This document shows, piece by piece, positions 36,897-46,473 of a DNA stretch of 64,000 nucleotides. The translations under genes were made by a program, and so were the position numbers. Numbering within the stretch: the stretch's first letter is position 1; each line of letters opens with the position of its first letter. Origin of the DNA: an uncultured Actinomycetes bacterium (lineage in GTDB: Bacteria; Actinomycetota; UBA4738; HRBIN12). The stretch spans positions 270,417 to 334,416 of the forward strand of contig CAVTIC010000001.1 in the NCBI GenBank assembly GCA_963734685.1. Reading direction: 5' to 3'. Under the pieces are notes generated by a model, which saw only the letters and a list, made by a program, of their open reading frames with translations, did no database searches and had not been told where the DNA came from.

Positions 36897-38649
36897 GCGA
36901 TCGGAGCCTCCCCCGGGTCGGTCGTCGGCTGGATGCTCTCGGGCCCGACGATGATGTCGTCGTTCGAGGCGCCCGACGGCACCATCGGGAACACCATCTC
37001 GGCCGGGTCGATCCGGAAGTCGATCACGACCGAACGATCGGTGACCGAGTACGCCTTCTCGATCGCCGTGTCGACCTCGTCGGGCGACTCCACCCTGAGG
37101 CCGACGGCCCCGTACGCCTCGGCGAGCTTGACGTAGTCGGGCACGTTCGGGTCGAGCCAGACGCCAGAGTAACGCTCGTCGAAGAACAGCTCCTGCCACT
37201 GCCGCACCATGCCGAGGTACCCGTTGTTCAGGATCGCGGTCACGAACGGGATCTTCTCGGTGGCGCTCGTCGCGAGTTCCTGGGCCGTCATCTGGAAGCA
37301 ACCATCGCCGTCGATCGCGACCACGCGCTTGTCGGGCTGGCCGGCTTTGGCACCCATCGCCGCCGGCACCGCGAAACCCATCGTGCCGAGGCCGCCGGAG
37401 TTGATCCACCGGCGCGGGTGCTCGAACCGCCAGAACTGCGAGGCGTACATCTGATGCTGGCCGACGCCGGAGACGCAGATCGTGTCGTCGTCGGCGAGTG
37501 CGCGCAGGCGCTCGACGCAGTGCTGCGGCTTCAACTTCCCGTCGCTCATGTCGTACCGATACGGATACGTCTGCTGCCACTCGCGGAGTTGTCCGAGCCA
37601 TGCGGCCCGATCGGGAGCGCCACCGGCCTCGTCCTGACGCTTGTGCAGCTCGGCGGCGAGCTTGCCGATCACGTCCCGGCAGTCACCCACGATCGGCACG
37701 TCGGCGACGCGGTTCTTACCGATCTCGGCCGGATCGATGTCGACGTGGATCACCCCGGCGTGTGGCGCGAACGCGACGAGCTTGCCGGTGACACGGTCGT
37801 CGAAGCGCGAGCCCAGCGCGACGAGCAGGTCGGCCTTCTGCATCGCGGTGACGGCCGAGTAGTTGCCGTGCATGCCCGGCATGCCGAGGCACAGCTCGTG
37901 CGAGTCCGGGAACGCCCCACGTGCCATCAGCGTCGTGACGACCGGCAGCTGACCGGTCGTGGCGAGGTCGAACAGCTCTTCGTGCGCGTCGGCCTTGATC
38001 ACGCCGCCGCCCACGTAGAGCACCGGCCGTTTGGCGCGCATGATCATCCTCACGGCCTCGACGACCTGTCGCTGGTTGCCCTTCGTGTTCGGCTTGTAGC
38101 CGGGCAACGAGACGTTCTCCGGCCAGCGGTACGTGGTCTCGGCGAGCAGCACGTCCTTGGGCAGGTCGATCAACACGGGGCCGGGGCGGCCGGTCGACGC
38201 GATATGGAACGCCTCGCGCACGGTCGGACGATGTCGGCCGGATCCTTCACGAGGAAGTTGTGCTTGGTGACCGGCATCGTGATCCCCGTGATGTCGGCTT
38301 CCTGGAAGGCGTCGTTGCCGACCACCGGCGTCGGCACCTGGCCGGTGATCGCGACGATCGGCACGGAGTCCATCTTCGCGTCGGCGAGCGGGGTGACGAG
38401 GTTCGTCGCCCCGGGACCGCTCGTGGCCATGCACACGCCGACGCGACCCGTCGCCCACGCGTAGCCCTCGGCGGCGTGCCCTGCGCCCTGTTCGTGCCGG
38501 CACAGGATGTGACGGATGGGCGACCGGTCGACCAGCGGGTCGTAGATCGGCATGCTCGCGCCGCCCGGGATGCCGAAGACGACCTCGACGCCTTCCTGCT
38601 CGAGCGCCGTCAGCAGCGCGTCGGCGCCGGACATCTTGGAGCCGGTCAT
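36893..38649 (-). CDS. ilvB: acetolactate synthase large subunit, interrupted by a 1-nt frameshift near 38215
   Basis: N-terminus ([30 protein letters not shown]…) is in the frame of ORF 38170..39003. The rest (…[25 protein letters not shown]… to the end, ThDP motif GGLGTMGF) is in the frame of 36893..38713. Confidence 0.8.
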
Positions 38650-38975
38650 CGTGCGGCCGCCTGCTCTCTGTCCTCTCGTGCCTCCACCGGACCGGTCTCG
38701 ACGCGGCGGACATGGGCCTGCAGGCGGTGCGCCAGGTTGCGGCAGGCGCGCTCGAACTCCCAGGGCGTCCAGTCGCGTCGGCGCGTCTGGAGCACGTCTT
38801 GCTCTTGCTCCTCGCCGAAGTCGAAGCCCGAGCCCAGGTAGACGACGTCGGACGACAGGTATCGATCGACGACCGCGCGCGTCGAAGGCTCGGCGGACTC
38901 GACGCTCACCTGGCCCGGACCCTCCCAGAGCACGCTGGCGACGACGGTGCCGTCTCGCTCGAACTCGTACCGCAT
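38646..38975 (-). CDS. hypothetical 109-aa protein encoded between the ilv attenuator and ilvB; stop overlaps the ilvB ATG
   Basis: AAGGAGA RBS 5 nt before the ATG at 38975. Non-Arg-rich composition ([24 protein letters not shown]…). TGA/ATG overlap with ilvB. No family recognised. Confidence 0.45.
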   Translation of the reverse strand: MRYEFERDGTVVASVLWEGPGQVSVESAEPSTRAVVDRYLSSDVVYLGSGFDFGEEQEQDVLQTRRRDWTPWEFERACRNLAHRLQAHVRRVETGPVEAREDREQAAAR

Positions 38976-39039
38976 GGGGTTCTCCTTGTCTCCGGGCGTT
39001 CACCCGGTGTTGGTGTTGCGGTGGCTGGCGGCTGGGTAC

Positions 39040-39063
39040 AAAAAACCCCCGCGTGTGCGGGGG
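39040..39063 (-). terminator. intrinsic terminator of the ilv leader (attenuator)
   Basis: On the minus strand: CCCCCGC-acac-GCGGGGG followed by TTTTTTG. It lies 40 nt downstream of the leader-peptide stop. Confidence 0.65.
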
Positions 39064-39103
39064 CGTCCGGCGCGGTCAGCAGGCCTCCTGGGCCTGGCCG
39101 CGC

Positions 39104-39163
39104 CTAAGGGATAAGTACGAGGTCGTTACGTCGGGTGGGCGTGTCCTCGCTGAACATGGTCAT
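39104..39163 (-). CDS. ilvB leader peptide (19 aa, MTMFSEDTPTRRNDLVLIP)
   Basis: A short ORF ending in Leu-Val-Leu-Ile codons immediately before the stop. It is positioned between a promoter and a terminator upstream of ilvBNC. Confidence 0.5.
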   Translation of the reverse strand: MTMFSEDTPTRRNDLVLIP

Positions 39164-39166
39164 GAC

Positions 39167-39194
39167 AGTGTAGAGATGCCTCCTGTGCTGTCAA
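39167..39194 (-). promoter_or_regulatory. candidate sigma-A-type promoter for a leaderless ilv leader transcript
   Basis: Minus strand: TTGACA – 16 nt – TACACT – gtc – ATG. The start codon lies where the transcription start is expected (leaderless). The local region is AT-richer. Confidence 0.45.
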
Positions 39195-39544
39195 CTTTCG
39201 GTCGAGAATGAGAGAAGTGAGACAGGGCGAGAGGATGCGCACTCGGCCCGACTCGGGCATAGCTTGGACTCCTGTAGGGATCCGGAGCCCGCGGAGCGTT
39301 GTTCCCAGAGATGAATCAACCCCTCCGCGTCGTGGGGGGCACGGCCGAAGGGGCCGAGCTCTCCTCCGAGGAATTCTTCCACCGCGAGAGGGCGGGCTCT
39401 GCGGTGTCCTCTGGCCTGGTGACCCACGACCGGTCAGAGGCGGAGGATCTCACCCGCTCGGCTCCGTCGCGGTCGTACGTCGGGTACGCCGACGGCCGCC
39501 GGAACCATCCGGCGGCCGTCGCGCGATGCTCGGTGAACCCGGGA

Positions 39545-39976
39545 TCAGCCGGTCGACTCGAAGTACTCGTCGGACTTCTCGTGGTACAGGGCCCACAGCA
39601 CGAACGCACCGATACCGAGCGTCACCATGCCGGACTCGATGAACGGTCCGTCATGGTGCCACAGCGTGTAGGAGAACGCGATGGTCATGCGGAACCCCTC
39701 CACGATCGCCACGAAGAGCCGGTACCCGCGGCTGCCTCGCATGATCCCCGATGCCACGAGGAACAAGACGACGGCGACGATCGCTTCGATCACGCCGAGG
39801 GCGAGCACCCCGTCGTCGGAGAGCTCGACGCCGCCCTGCGCGGAAATCGCGTCAATCAACCGGGTCTTGAATGCGAACGCCATGACCGCGGAGACCGCGG
39901 CGAGCGCGGCCTGGATGTACAGGATGACGCCGATGAACGTCACCACTCCGGGCCGCTTGATGCGCATCGTGCTCAT
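39545..39976 (-). CDS. small 4-TM membrane protein
   Basis: GAGGGGGG RBS. Hydrophobic helices. No family recognised. Confidence 0.5.
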   Translation of the reverse strand: MSTMRIKRPGVVTFIGVILYIQAALAAVSAVMAFAFKTRLIDAISAQGGVELSDDGVLALGVIEAIVAVVLFLVASGIMRGSRGYRLFVAIVEGFRMTIAFSYTLWHHDGPFIESGMVTLGIGAFVLWALYHEKSDEYFESTG

Positions 39977-40143
39977 ACGGTCCCCCCTCGTGGATCATCA
40001 AGGGCGACGATCCGCCGACGAACGCTATCCCCTCCCCTGCAGGGCACGCAAGTCGCCGCACGAGCCGGCGGGGCCGGCTCTCGCCCGCCTGGGTCGATGC
40101 CTCAGACGAGCGAGCGCAAGTCGAGGAACGCGAACGAGGCCGG

Positions 40144-40169
40144 CGCGTTCGCGCCGGCCTCGTTGCGTG
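40144..40169 (-). terminator. hairpin terminator downstream of the cold-shock gene
   Basis: gaggccggcgcg-tt-cgcgccggcctc, a perfect 11–12-bp GC stem 18 nt after the csp stop. Confidence 0.45.
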
Positions 40170-40186
40170 TGAGACGCGAGAAAGTC

Positions 40187-40390
40187 TCAGACTGCTCTGA
40201 CGTTCGCCGCCTGCGGGCCCTTCTGGCCCTGGGTGACGTCGTACTCGACCTTCTGGTTCTCGTCGAGGTTGCGGTACCCCTCGCCAGAGATCGCGCTGAA
40301 GTGCACGAACACATCGGCGCTGCCGTCGTCAGGCGTGATGAAGCCGAAGCCCTTCTCGGAGCTGAACCACTTCACGGTTCCTGTTGCCAC
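40187..40390 (-). CDS. cold-shock protein (CspA family)
   Basis: [34 protein letters not shown]… RNP1/RNP2 motifs. GTG start with AGGAGGG RBS. 67 aa. Confidence 0.85.
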   Translation of the reverse strand: MATGTVKWFSSEKGFGFITPDDGSADVFVHFSAISGEGYRNLDENQKVEYDVTQGQKGPQAANVRAV

Positions 40391-40552
40391 GTGCGATCCC
40401 CTCCTTCCTTCCGCCGTGTCGGGCATCGTGCATATGCTGGCCCGTCGGCGCCGGCCGTGACAGCCGGGTGAGGGAACTGCTCGAAGCTTGAAACCGCGAT
40501 CGGTGCCCTCGGTCCACAACGCTATCAGGAACGGCCGACCGACGGCCAGACG

Positions 40553-41500
40553 TTGACCGAGCTCGAGTCCGCCGCGTACCGTCGATCGGTGGAGCCTCGC
40601 GGCGACCCCCGGCTCGAGGCGGCGATCCGCGCCGTCGGTGCGTGGCGAGGCCGCGACATCGGCGTCACGCCAGTGTCGATCGGCGAGGAAGACCGTCACT
40701 TCCTGATCGAGGCAGACGACGAGCTCTTCGTGCTCAGGCTCGCGAACGCCTCGGCACCCGTCGCCCGGGCCGCCGTGTCGACCGAGATCGAGGTGGCGCG
40801 GGCCGCCGCGGCGGCCGGTGTCGCCCCGGGATTGCTCGAACACCTCCCGCAGTTCGGGTGTCTGATCACGCGGTTCGCGACGGGACGGCGGCTCAGTTCC
40901 GGTGACGTGGGCGACGACCAGCTCACCTCGATCGTGGGCTCGGTCCGGGCGCTCCACGCCTGCCCCGCGCCCACCGCGAGGCGTTCGGTCTTCCGCGATG
41001 CCGAAGACCTGCGGCACGCGGCGATCTCGAGCGGGATGTCCATGCCCGACATCGAACCGGCTGCGACCCGAGCGATGCGACGGATCGAGGCGGCGACCGC
41101 GCTCGAGGTCGCGCCGACGGTCACGTGCCACGGCGATCTCACTCGCGCCAGTCTGTGCTTCGACCGCGACCATGTGTGGATCGTGGATTTCAGGTGGGCG
41201 GGCGCAGGAGACGCCTTCGAAGACCTCGGGAGCCTCGCCGCCCACCTCGACCTCTCGGACGAGCACGCCGATCGCCTGCTGCGCCTGTACTTCGGATCGT
41301 CCGACGATGCGCGTCGAGCACAGCTCGACGTGATGCGGCTCGCAGCCGAGTACATGGCGGCCATGCGAGCCCTCTCGCGCACAGCTTCGGGCCCACCGGG
41401 GAGAGCGCAGGAGGCAGACCATCGACTCGCCCGCATGCTCGACGACACAGCAACCGATCGTTTCGACCGATCGGTGCGGGTGGTCGCCGCTCGTCGCTGA
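40553..41500 (+). CDS. aminoglycoside/choline-kinase-type phosphotransferase (APH family) protein
   Basis: Brenner motif [12 protein letters not shown] and IVDFRWAG. Size 315 aa. Confidence 0.65.
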   Translation: MTELESAAYRRSVEPRGDPRLEAAIRAVGAWRGRDIGVTPVSIGEEDRHFLIEADDELFVLRLANASAPVARAAVSTEIEVARAAAAAGVAPGLLEHLPQFGCLITRFATGRRLSSGDVGDDQLTSIVGSVRALHACPAPTARRSVFRDAEDLRHAAISSGMSMPDIEPAATRAMRRIEAATALEVAPTVTCHGDLTRASLCFDRDHVWIVDFRWAGAGDAFEDLGSLAAHLDLSDEHADRLLRLYFGSSDDARRAQLDVMRLAAEYMAAMRALSRTASGPPGRAQEADHRLARMLDDTATDRFDRSVRVVAARR

Positions 41501-41588
41501 GATCGCCCGAGGAACGGCCTCTGGCCCGTATATCCCGCGCGAACGAAGGGGTCTAGGGTGGCCCTCGAGGGAAAGAAGGGAGGGCGCG

Positions 41589-42047
41589 ATGCGCAAGCTC
41601 GCGATCGTCGCCGCCACGGGCATGCTCGTGGTCGCGGCTGCAGCCTGGACCCTGCCGGCAGGTGCCGGCGGCGGACCCACCGTCATCACAGTGGTGGAGC
41701 GAGCGACCACCGACGAGGTGATCGACGTCGGCGCGACGGGTGATTCGGCGGGCGATCTGCTCACGTTCGCGAACCAGCTGTTCGACGAGACCAACACGTC
41801 GAAGGTCGGTCGCGACCAGGGCAGCTGCATCCGGATCAGCCCCGACCGTGGCATCTGGCAGTGCAGCTGGACGTCGTGGCTCGGCGGCGGATCGGTGACC
41901 GTCGAGGGACCGTTCTACGACACGCGGGAGAGCACGCTCGCGATCACGGGTGGCACGGGCACCTACCACGACGCCACAGGCACGATGCGACTGGGATTCC
42001 GGACCGATCCGGCCGAATTCGACTTCACCTACCGGATCGACGCGTAG
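41589..42047 (+). CDS. secreted small beta-barrel protein (allene-oxide-cyclase/dirigent-like fold)
   Basis: Signal peptide and GAAGGGAGG RBS. Motifs [10 protein letters not shown]…ITGGTGTY. Family assignment is tentative. Confidence 0.5.
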   Translation: MRKLAIVAATGMLVVAAAAWTLPAGAGGGPTVITVVERATTDEVIDVGATGDSAGDLLTFANQLFDETNTSKVGRDQGSCIRISPDRGIWQCSWTSWLGGGSVTVEGPFYDTRESTLAITGGTGTYHDATGTMRLGFRTDPAEFDFTYRIDA

Positions 42048-42064
42048 TTGCCTCGGGAACCGTC

Positions 42065-42101
42065 GGCCGCGCGCCTCCCGGCTCGCAGGAGGCGCGCGGC
42101 T
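42065..42101. terminator. bidirectional hairpin between convergent genes
   Basis: ggccgcgcgcctcc – 9-nt loop – ggaggcgcgcggc (13/14-bp stem), located between the stops at 42047 (+) and 42118 (−). Confidence 0.45.
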
Positions 42102-42117
42102 CCGCGAGAGCTCACCC

Positions 42118-42666
42118 TCACGCGTCGGCCTCCAGCGAGAACCAGGCCACCCGCCGGAGCTTGCCACCCCGCCACTGCAGCGCTTGCCCCAGGTACAGCC
42201 CGAGTTCGATCTGCACCAGCTCGTCGAGCACGCGGCGGACCGGGAACGGCGGGTTCTCGGCGACCGCACGGTAGTCGAGCTGTAGGACCGACGTGCCGGG
42301 ATGGGTGACGCTCGGGCTGACTCGGGTGACGAACCGGAAAGCCGAGGTGCCCTCCTCCACGTCGGTGAGCCCTCGGTACCTGGGGAAGACCGCCCGGATC
42401 ACGCGCCTGCCGCCCGGCGTGAACAGGTTGATGCCCTCGGCGGCGTGGGGCGAGAACGTCTTCCCCCTCCACGGCATCCATAGGCGGGCCATCGCCTCGG
42501 AAGCGACGTCGAGCCCGTAGCCCCATGTGGTCGCGAGCAACCGCCCGCGCCGGTGCCCGACCAGACCCTCCGCTGCTTTGCCACCGGCGAAGCAGGACTC
42601 CAGCTCGGTCAGGCCGAGCGGCCGGTCCAGGCGGAGCATCGCCAGGGCGTGCCAGTAGTCATCCAT
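42118..42666 (-). CDS. hypothetical protein (possibly GXWXG/DUF4334-type), co-transcribed with the ThrC-like gene
   Basis: Internal ATG at 42666 (MDDYWHALAML…). It overlaps the stop of the upstream gene by 8 nt. The upstream part of the track ORF is Arg-rich. Confidence 0.45.
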   Translation of the reverse strand: MDDYWHALAMLRLDRPLGLTELESCFAGGKAAEGLVGHRRGRLLATTWGYGLDVASEAMARLWMPWRGKTFSPHAAEGINLFTPGGRRVIRAVFPRYRGLTDVEEGTSAFRFVTRVSPSVTHPGTSVLQLDYRAVAENPPFPVRRVLDELVQIELGLYLGQALQWRGGKLRRVAWFSLEADA

Positions 42667-43915
42667 CGATCGGCCCGATCGCTGCCAAGAACTCGTCGAG
42701 ATCCGGGGCGACATTGTACGAGGGCTCGAGGTAGCCCTCCAGTGCCTCGACCGTCTTGTATCCATTGCCCGTCACGTAGGCCACGACCTCCTCCCCCCGC
42801 TTCACGATGCCTCGGTCGACCATGCGCTTGAGGTTCGCGATCGTCACGCCGCCGGCGGTCTCGGTGAAGACTCCCTCGGCCGAGGCGAGCAGCGTGATGC
42901 CCTCGCGGATCTCCTGTTCCGTGCACCACTCGATGTGGCCCCCGGTCTCCCGGGCGACCTTCAACGCGAAGTAGCCGTCTGCAGGCGCGCCGATCGCGAG
43001 CGACCGCGCGATCGTGTCGGGCTTCACCGGCGTGACCTCGTCGGCTCCGTCGAGGAACGCCTGCGCGACAGGACGGCACCCCTCGGGCTGCGCGCCGCTC
43101 ACCCGATAGGGCCTCTCCTCGACCGCACCGACCGCGATGAGCTCCCCGAACGCCCTGTGGATCTTCGTGAGCAGCGCTCCCGAGGCGATCGGTACGACCA
43201 CGTGGTCGGGCAGGCGCCATCCGAGCTGTTCGGCGGTCTCGAAGCCGAGCGACTTCGAGCCTTCCGCGTAGTACGGACGCATGTTCACGTTCACGAACGC
43301 CCACGGCAGGGCGTCGGCGACCTCGCTGCAGAGACGGTTCACCTCGTCGTAGTTGCCCTTCACCGCCACGACCTTCGCGCCGTAGGACTCGGTCGCGAGG
43401 ATCTTCGCCCGCTCGAGGTCCTCCGGCACGAACACGTAGCAGTCGATGCCGGCCTTCGCGGCGTGCGCTGCGGTCGCGTTGGCGAGGTTCCCGGTGGAAG
43501 CGCACGAGATCGCCTCGTAGCCGAAGGCTCGCGCCATCGTCGCCGCGACGCTCACGACGCGGTCCTTGAAGGAGTTCGATGGGTTCACCGAGTCGTCCTT
43601 CACCCAGATCACGCCGTCGTGGCCGATCGCGGTCGCGAGGTTGTCGGCGCGGCGCAGCGGGGTGAAGCCCGCCCCGAGGTCGACCCGTTCGATGCCGGGA
43701 CCGCCGGGCAACAGCGACTCGTAACGCCAGAGGGTCTGCGGGCCCGCTTCCGCCTGCTTACGGAAGTCGACCCCGTCGACCGATTGCAGGTCGTAGGCGG
43801 GCTCGAGCGGGCCGAAGCACTCCTCGCAGATCGTGAGCGGCTCGACCGGGTACTGCTGTCCGCAGATGCGGCACTGGAGGGCGGCGGGCGAGGTGATCGT
43901 GGGGCGGGAGGTCAT
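42659..43915 (-). CDS. threonine synthase-family PLP enzyme with N-terminal Cys4 zinc-ribbon
   Basis: CRICGQQ…CEEC ribbon. PLP-lysine motif …NPSNSFKDR… The rest matches the Trp-synthase-beta-superfamily fold II (ThrC-like). Confidence 0.7.
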   Translation of the reverse strand: MTSRPTITSPAALQCRICGQQYPVEPLTICEECFGPLEPAYDLQSVDGVDFRKQAEAGPQTLWRYESLLPGGPGIERVDLGAGFTPLRRADNLATAIGHDGVIWVKDDSVNPSNSFKDRVVSVAATMARAFGYEAISCASTGNLANATAAHAAKAGIDCYVFVPEDLERAKILATESYGAKVVAVKGNYDEVNRLCSEVADALPWAFVNVNMRPYYAEGSKSLGFETAEQLGWRLPDHVVVPIASGALLTKIHRAFGELIAVGAVEERPYRVSGAQPEGCRPVAQAFLDGADEVTPVKPDTIARSLAIGAPADGYFALKVARETGGHIEWCTEQEIREGITLLASAEGVFTETAGGVTIANLKRMVDRGIVKRGEEVVAYVTGNGYKTVEALEGYLEPSYNVAPDLDEFLAAIGPIDG

Positions 43916-44064
43916 GGCTCAGCTCACCTGCGTCGTCGAGCCCAACGGTGGAAAGGTGAGCGGAGCCATGAGGTCGGCAGTCTACACACGCCTCCTGAGC
44001 GCACGGACACGGCAGGCCCGGCAGACCGGCCGGCGTTCCCGGTCGACGTCATCCCGCTCGCCGC

Positions 44065-44640
44065 TTGTCCACGGTCGCGCTGTCGGGCGAGACTGTGCCG
44101 ATGCTCGCGATCGCTCCGGCGGGACGGATCGCTGCTCTCGTCACGGCTTCCTGCTGCGCGGCGCTGGGCGTCGGAATTGCCGCACTGATGGCCGACGCAA
44201 CCGCGTGCGATCGCCTGTCGTGCCAACAGGAAGCAGCCGCCGCGTGGCTCTCGATCATGCTCGCGCTGGGCATCGTCGCGCTCGGGGTCGCGATCGCCCT
44301 GAGTGCCGGCAGACGTCCGATCGAGGAGGACGGCGCCACCGGCTGGTTCTGGGGACTGGGAACCCTCTTCCTCGCGTCGGCGATCGGGGCGGCGATACTC
44401 GTGCCCGCCGCCACGTGCCCGCACGGAGGCAGCCCCGACCCGACGCTCGGGATGTGCCTCCTCGGCCACGATCGGTTACCGATGACGAGCTGGGTATGGC
44501 TCGAGCGGCTCATCGTCGTCGTGGGCATCGCAGGGGCGCTGCTCCTCGGTGCGTACCGCCGGCACGTCTGGGTGAACGCCGCGATCTGCGTGACGGCCCT
44601 CACGGGCACGATGACGTGGATGCTGGGTGGGAACGCGTAG
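44065..44640 (+). CDS. hypothetical Cys-rich 4-TM membrane protein
   Basis: TTG start per track. Hydrophobic helices. No family recognised. Confidence 0.4.
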   Translation: MSTVALSGETVPMLAIAPAGRIAALVTASCCAALGVGIAALMADATACDRLSCQQEAAAAWLSIMLALGIVALGVAIALSAGRRPIEEDGATGWFWGLGTLFLASAIGAAILVPAATCPHGGSPDPTLGMCLLGHDRLPMTSWVWLERLIVVVGIAGALLLGAYRRHVWVNAAICVTALTGTMTWMLGGNA

Positions 44641-44679
44641 GCCTGGTCCCGCTCGATCAGCGACGCGCTCGACGTGCGC

Positions 44680-46368
44680 TCACCACGTCACCGCGCCGTG
44701 ATCAGCCGAGCCCACGGTTCGCGCGTACTTCGCGAGCGCGCCCTGCGTGTAGCGGTACTCGGGCTGCGTCCACTCGGCGCGACGTCGCTCGAGCTCCGCG
44801 TCGTCGACCAGCAGCTCGATCGTGCGGGCGTCGGCATCGATACGGATGCCGTCTCCCTCGTGCACGAGCGCGATCGGCCCGCCGACGAACGCTTCGGGCG
44901 CGATGTGACCGACGCTGAACCCCTTCGTCGCACCGCTGAAACGGCCGTCGGTGATCAGTGCGACCTCCTTGCCGAGGCCGGCACCCGCGACCGCCGCGGT
45001 CACCGCGAGCATCTCCGGCATGCCGGGTGAGCCCTTCGGCCCCTCGTAGCGGATCACGATCACGTCGCCGGGCACGATCCCGCCTCCGGTCAGCTCGTCG
45101 AACGCAGCCTGCTCGGAGTCGAACACCTTCGCGGCGCCCTCGAACACCAGACCCTCGGCGCCGGCGGCCTTCACGACCGCGCCGTCGGGGGCGAGGTTCC
45201 CGCGGAGGATCGCGAGGCCCCCCCACGGGTGGATCGGATCGCTCGGCGCATGCACGACCTCGCCGTCGGGCGCCGCGACGTCCATCGCCGCGAGGTTCTC
45301 GGCGATCGTGTTCCCGGTGACGGTCATGCAGTCGCCGTGCAGCAGGCCGGCGTCGAGCAGCTCTTTCATCACGACCTGCACGCCGCCGACACGGTCGAGG
45401 TCACTCATCACGAATCGTCCAGCAGGGCGTACGTCGACGAGGTGGGGCACGGTCCGCGAGATGCGGTCGAAGTCGTCGAGCTGCAGGTCGACGTGGGCCT
45501 CGCGCGCGATCGCGAGCAGGTGCAGCACGGCGTTCGTCGAGCCCGCGAGCGCCATCACGACGGCGATCGCGTTCTCGAAGGCGTCCTTGGTCATGACGTC
45601 GCGCGGAAGAGGCCCGCCCTCGGCAACCAGCCGCGCGGCCTGGATGCCTGATTCGCGCGCGGCCACCTCGCGCCGGTAGTCGACCGCGGGTGGCGACGCG
45701 GCACCCGGCAGCGACATGCCGATCGCCTCGCCCACGGCCGCCATCGTGTTCGCGGTGTACATACCGGCGCACGATCCGGTGCCCGGGCAGGCCGCGCGCT
45801 CGATGCCGCGGAGCTCCGCATCGTCGATCGAGCCCTTGGCATGGGCTCCCACAGCCTCGAACACGTCCTGGATCGTGACGGCGCGGCCCCGATAAGTGCC
45901 GGGGAGGATCGTGCCGCCGTAGAGGTACACGCTCGGGAGGTTCAGACGGGCCATCGCCATCAGCATGCCCGGCTCGCTCTTGTCACATCCGGCGATGCCG
46001 ACGAGGGCGTCCAGGCGCTCGGCGTGCATCACGAGCTCGACCGAGTCGGCGATCAGGTCGCGGCTCATCAGCGAGGCCTTCATGCCCTCATGGCCCATCG
46101 CGATGCCGTCGCTCACGGCGATCGTCGTGAACTCGACCGGCACGGCGTCGCCCTGACGGACCCCTTCCTTCGAGAGGGCGGCGAGCTTGTCGAGGTGATA
46201 GTTGCAGGGCGTGACCTCGTTCCAGCTCGAAGCCACCGCGACCTGGGCCTTGGCGAAGTCCGCTTCGCTGAACCCGACGGCGCGCAGCATCGCGCGAGCG
46301 GGGGCACGTTGCGGGCCTTCCGTGACCTCCCAGCTCCGTGGCCACCTGCGTGGGCGCTCACCGACCAT
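44680..46368 (-). CDS. ilvD: dihydroxy-acid dehydratase
   Basis: 562 aa. …[11 protein letters not shown]…, CDKSEPG, …[10 protein letters not shown]… Fe-S ligand motifs. CAGGAGG RBS. The upstream extension of the track ORF is antisense junk. Confidence 0.9.
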   Translation of the reverse strand: MVGERPRRWPRSWEVTEGPQRAPARAMLRAVGFSEADFAKAQVAVASSWNEVTPCNYHLDKLAALSKEGVRQGDAVPVEFTTIAVSDGIAMGHEGMKASLMSRDLIADSVELVMHAERLDALVGIAGCDKSEPGMLMAMARLNLPSVYLYGGTILPGTYRGRAVTIQDVFEAVGAHAKGSIDDAELRGIERAACPGTGSCAGMYTANTMAAVGEAIGMSLPGAASPPAVDYRREVAARESGIQAARLVAEGGPLPRDVMTKDAFENAIAVVMALAGSTNAVLHLLAIAREAHVDLQLDDFDRISRTVPHLVDVRPAGRFVMSDLDRVGGVQVVMKELLDAGLLHGDCMTVTGNTIAENLAAMDVAAPDGEVVHAPSDPIHPWGGLAILRGNLAPDGAVVKAAGAEGLVFEGAAKVFDSEQAAFDELTGGGIVPGDVIVIRYEGPKGSPGMPEMLAVTAAVAGAGLGKEVALITDGRFSGATKGFSVGHIAPEAFVGGPIALVHEGDGIRIDADARTIELLVDDAELERRRAEWTQPEYRYTQGALAKYARTVGSADHGAVTW

Positions 46369-46473
46369 TGGGACTGCCTCCTGGGGAAGGATGATGAAGA
46401 CCTCACCGTAGCAACCAGCGGCGGCGCCGACGACGGGACGGCATCGGTCGGCCCGGCCGATAGCATCCTCATC

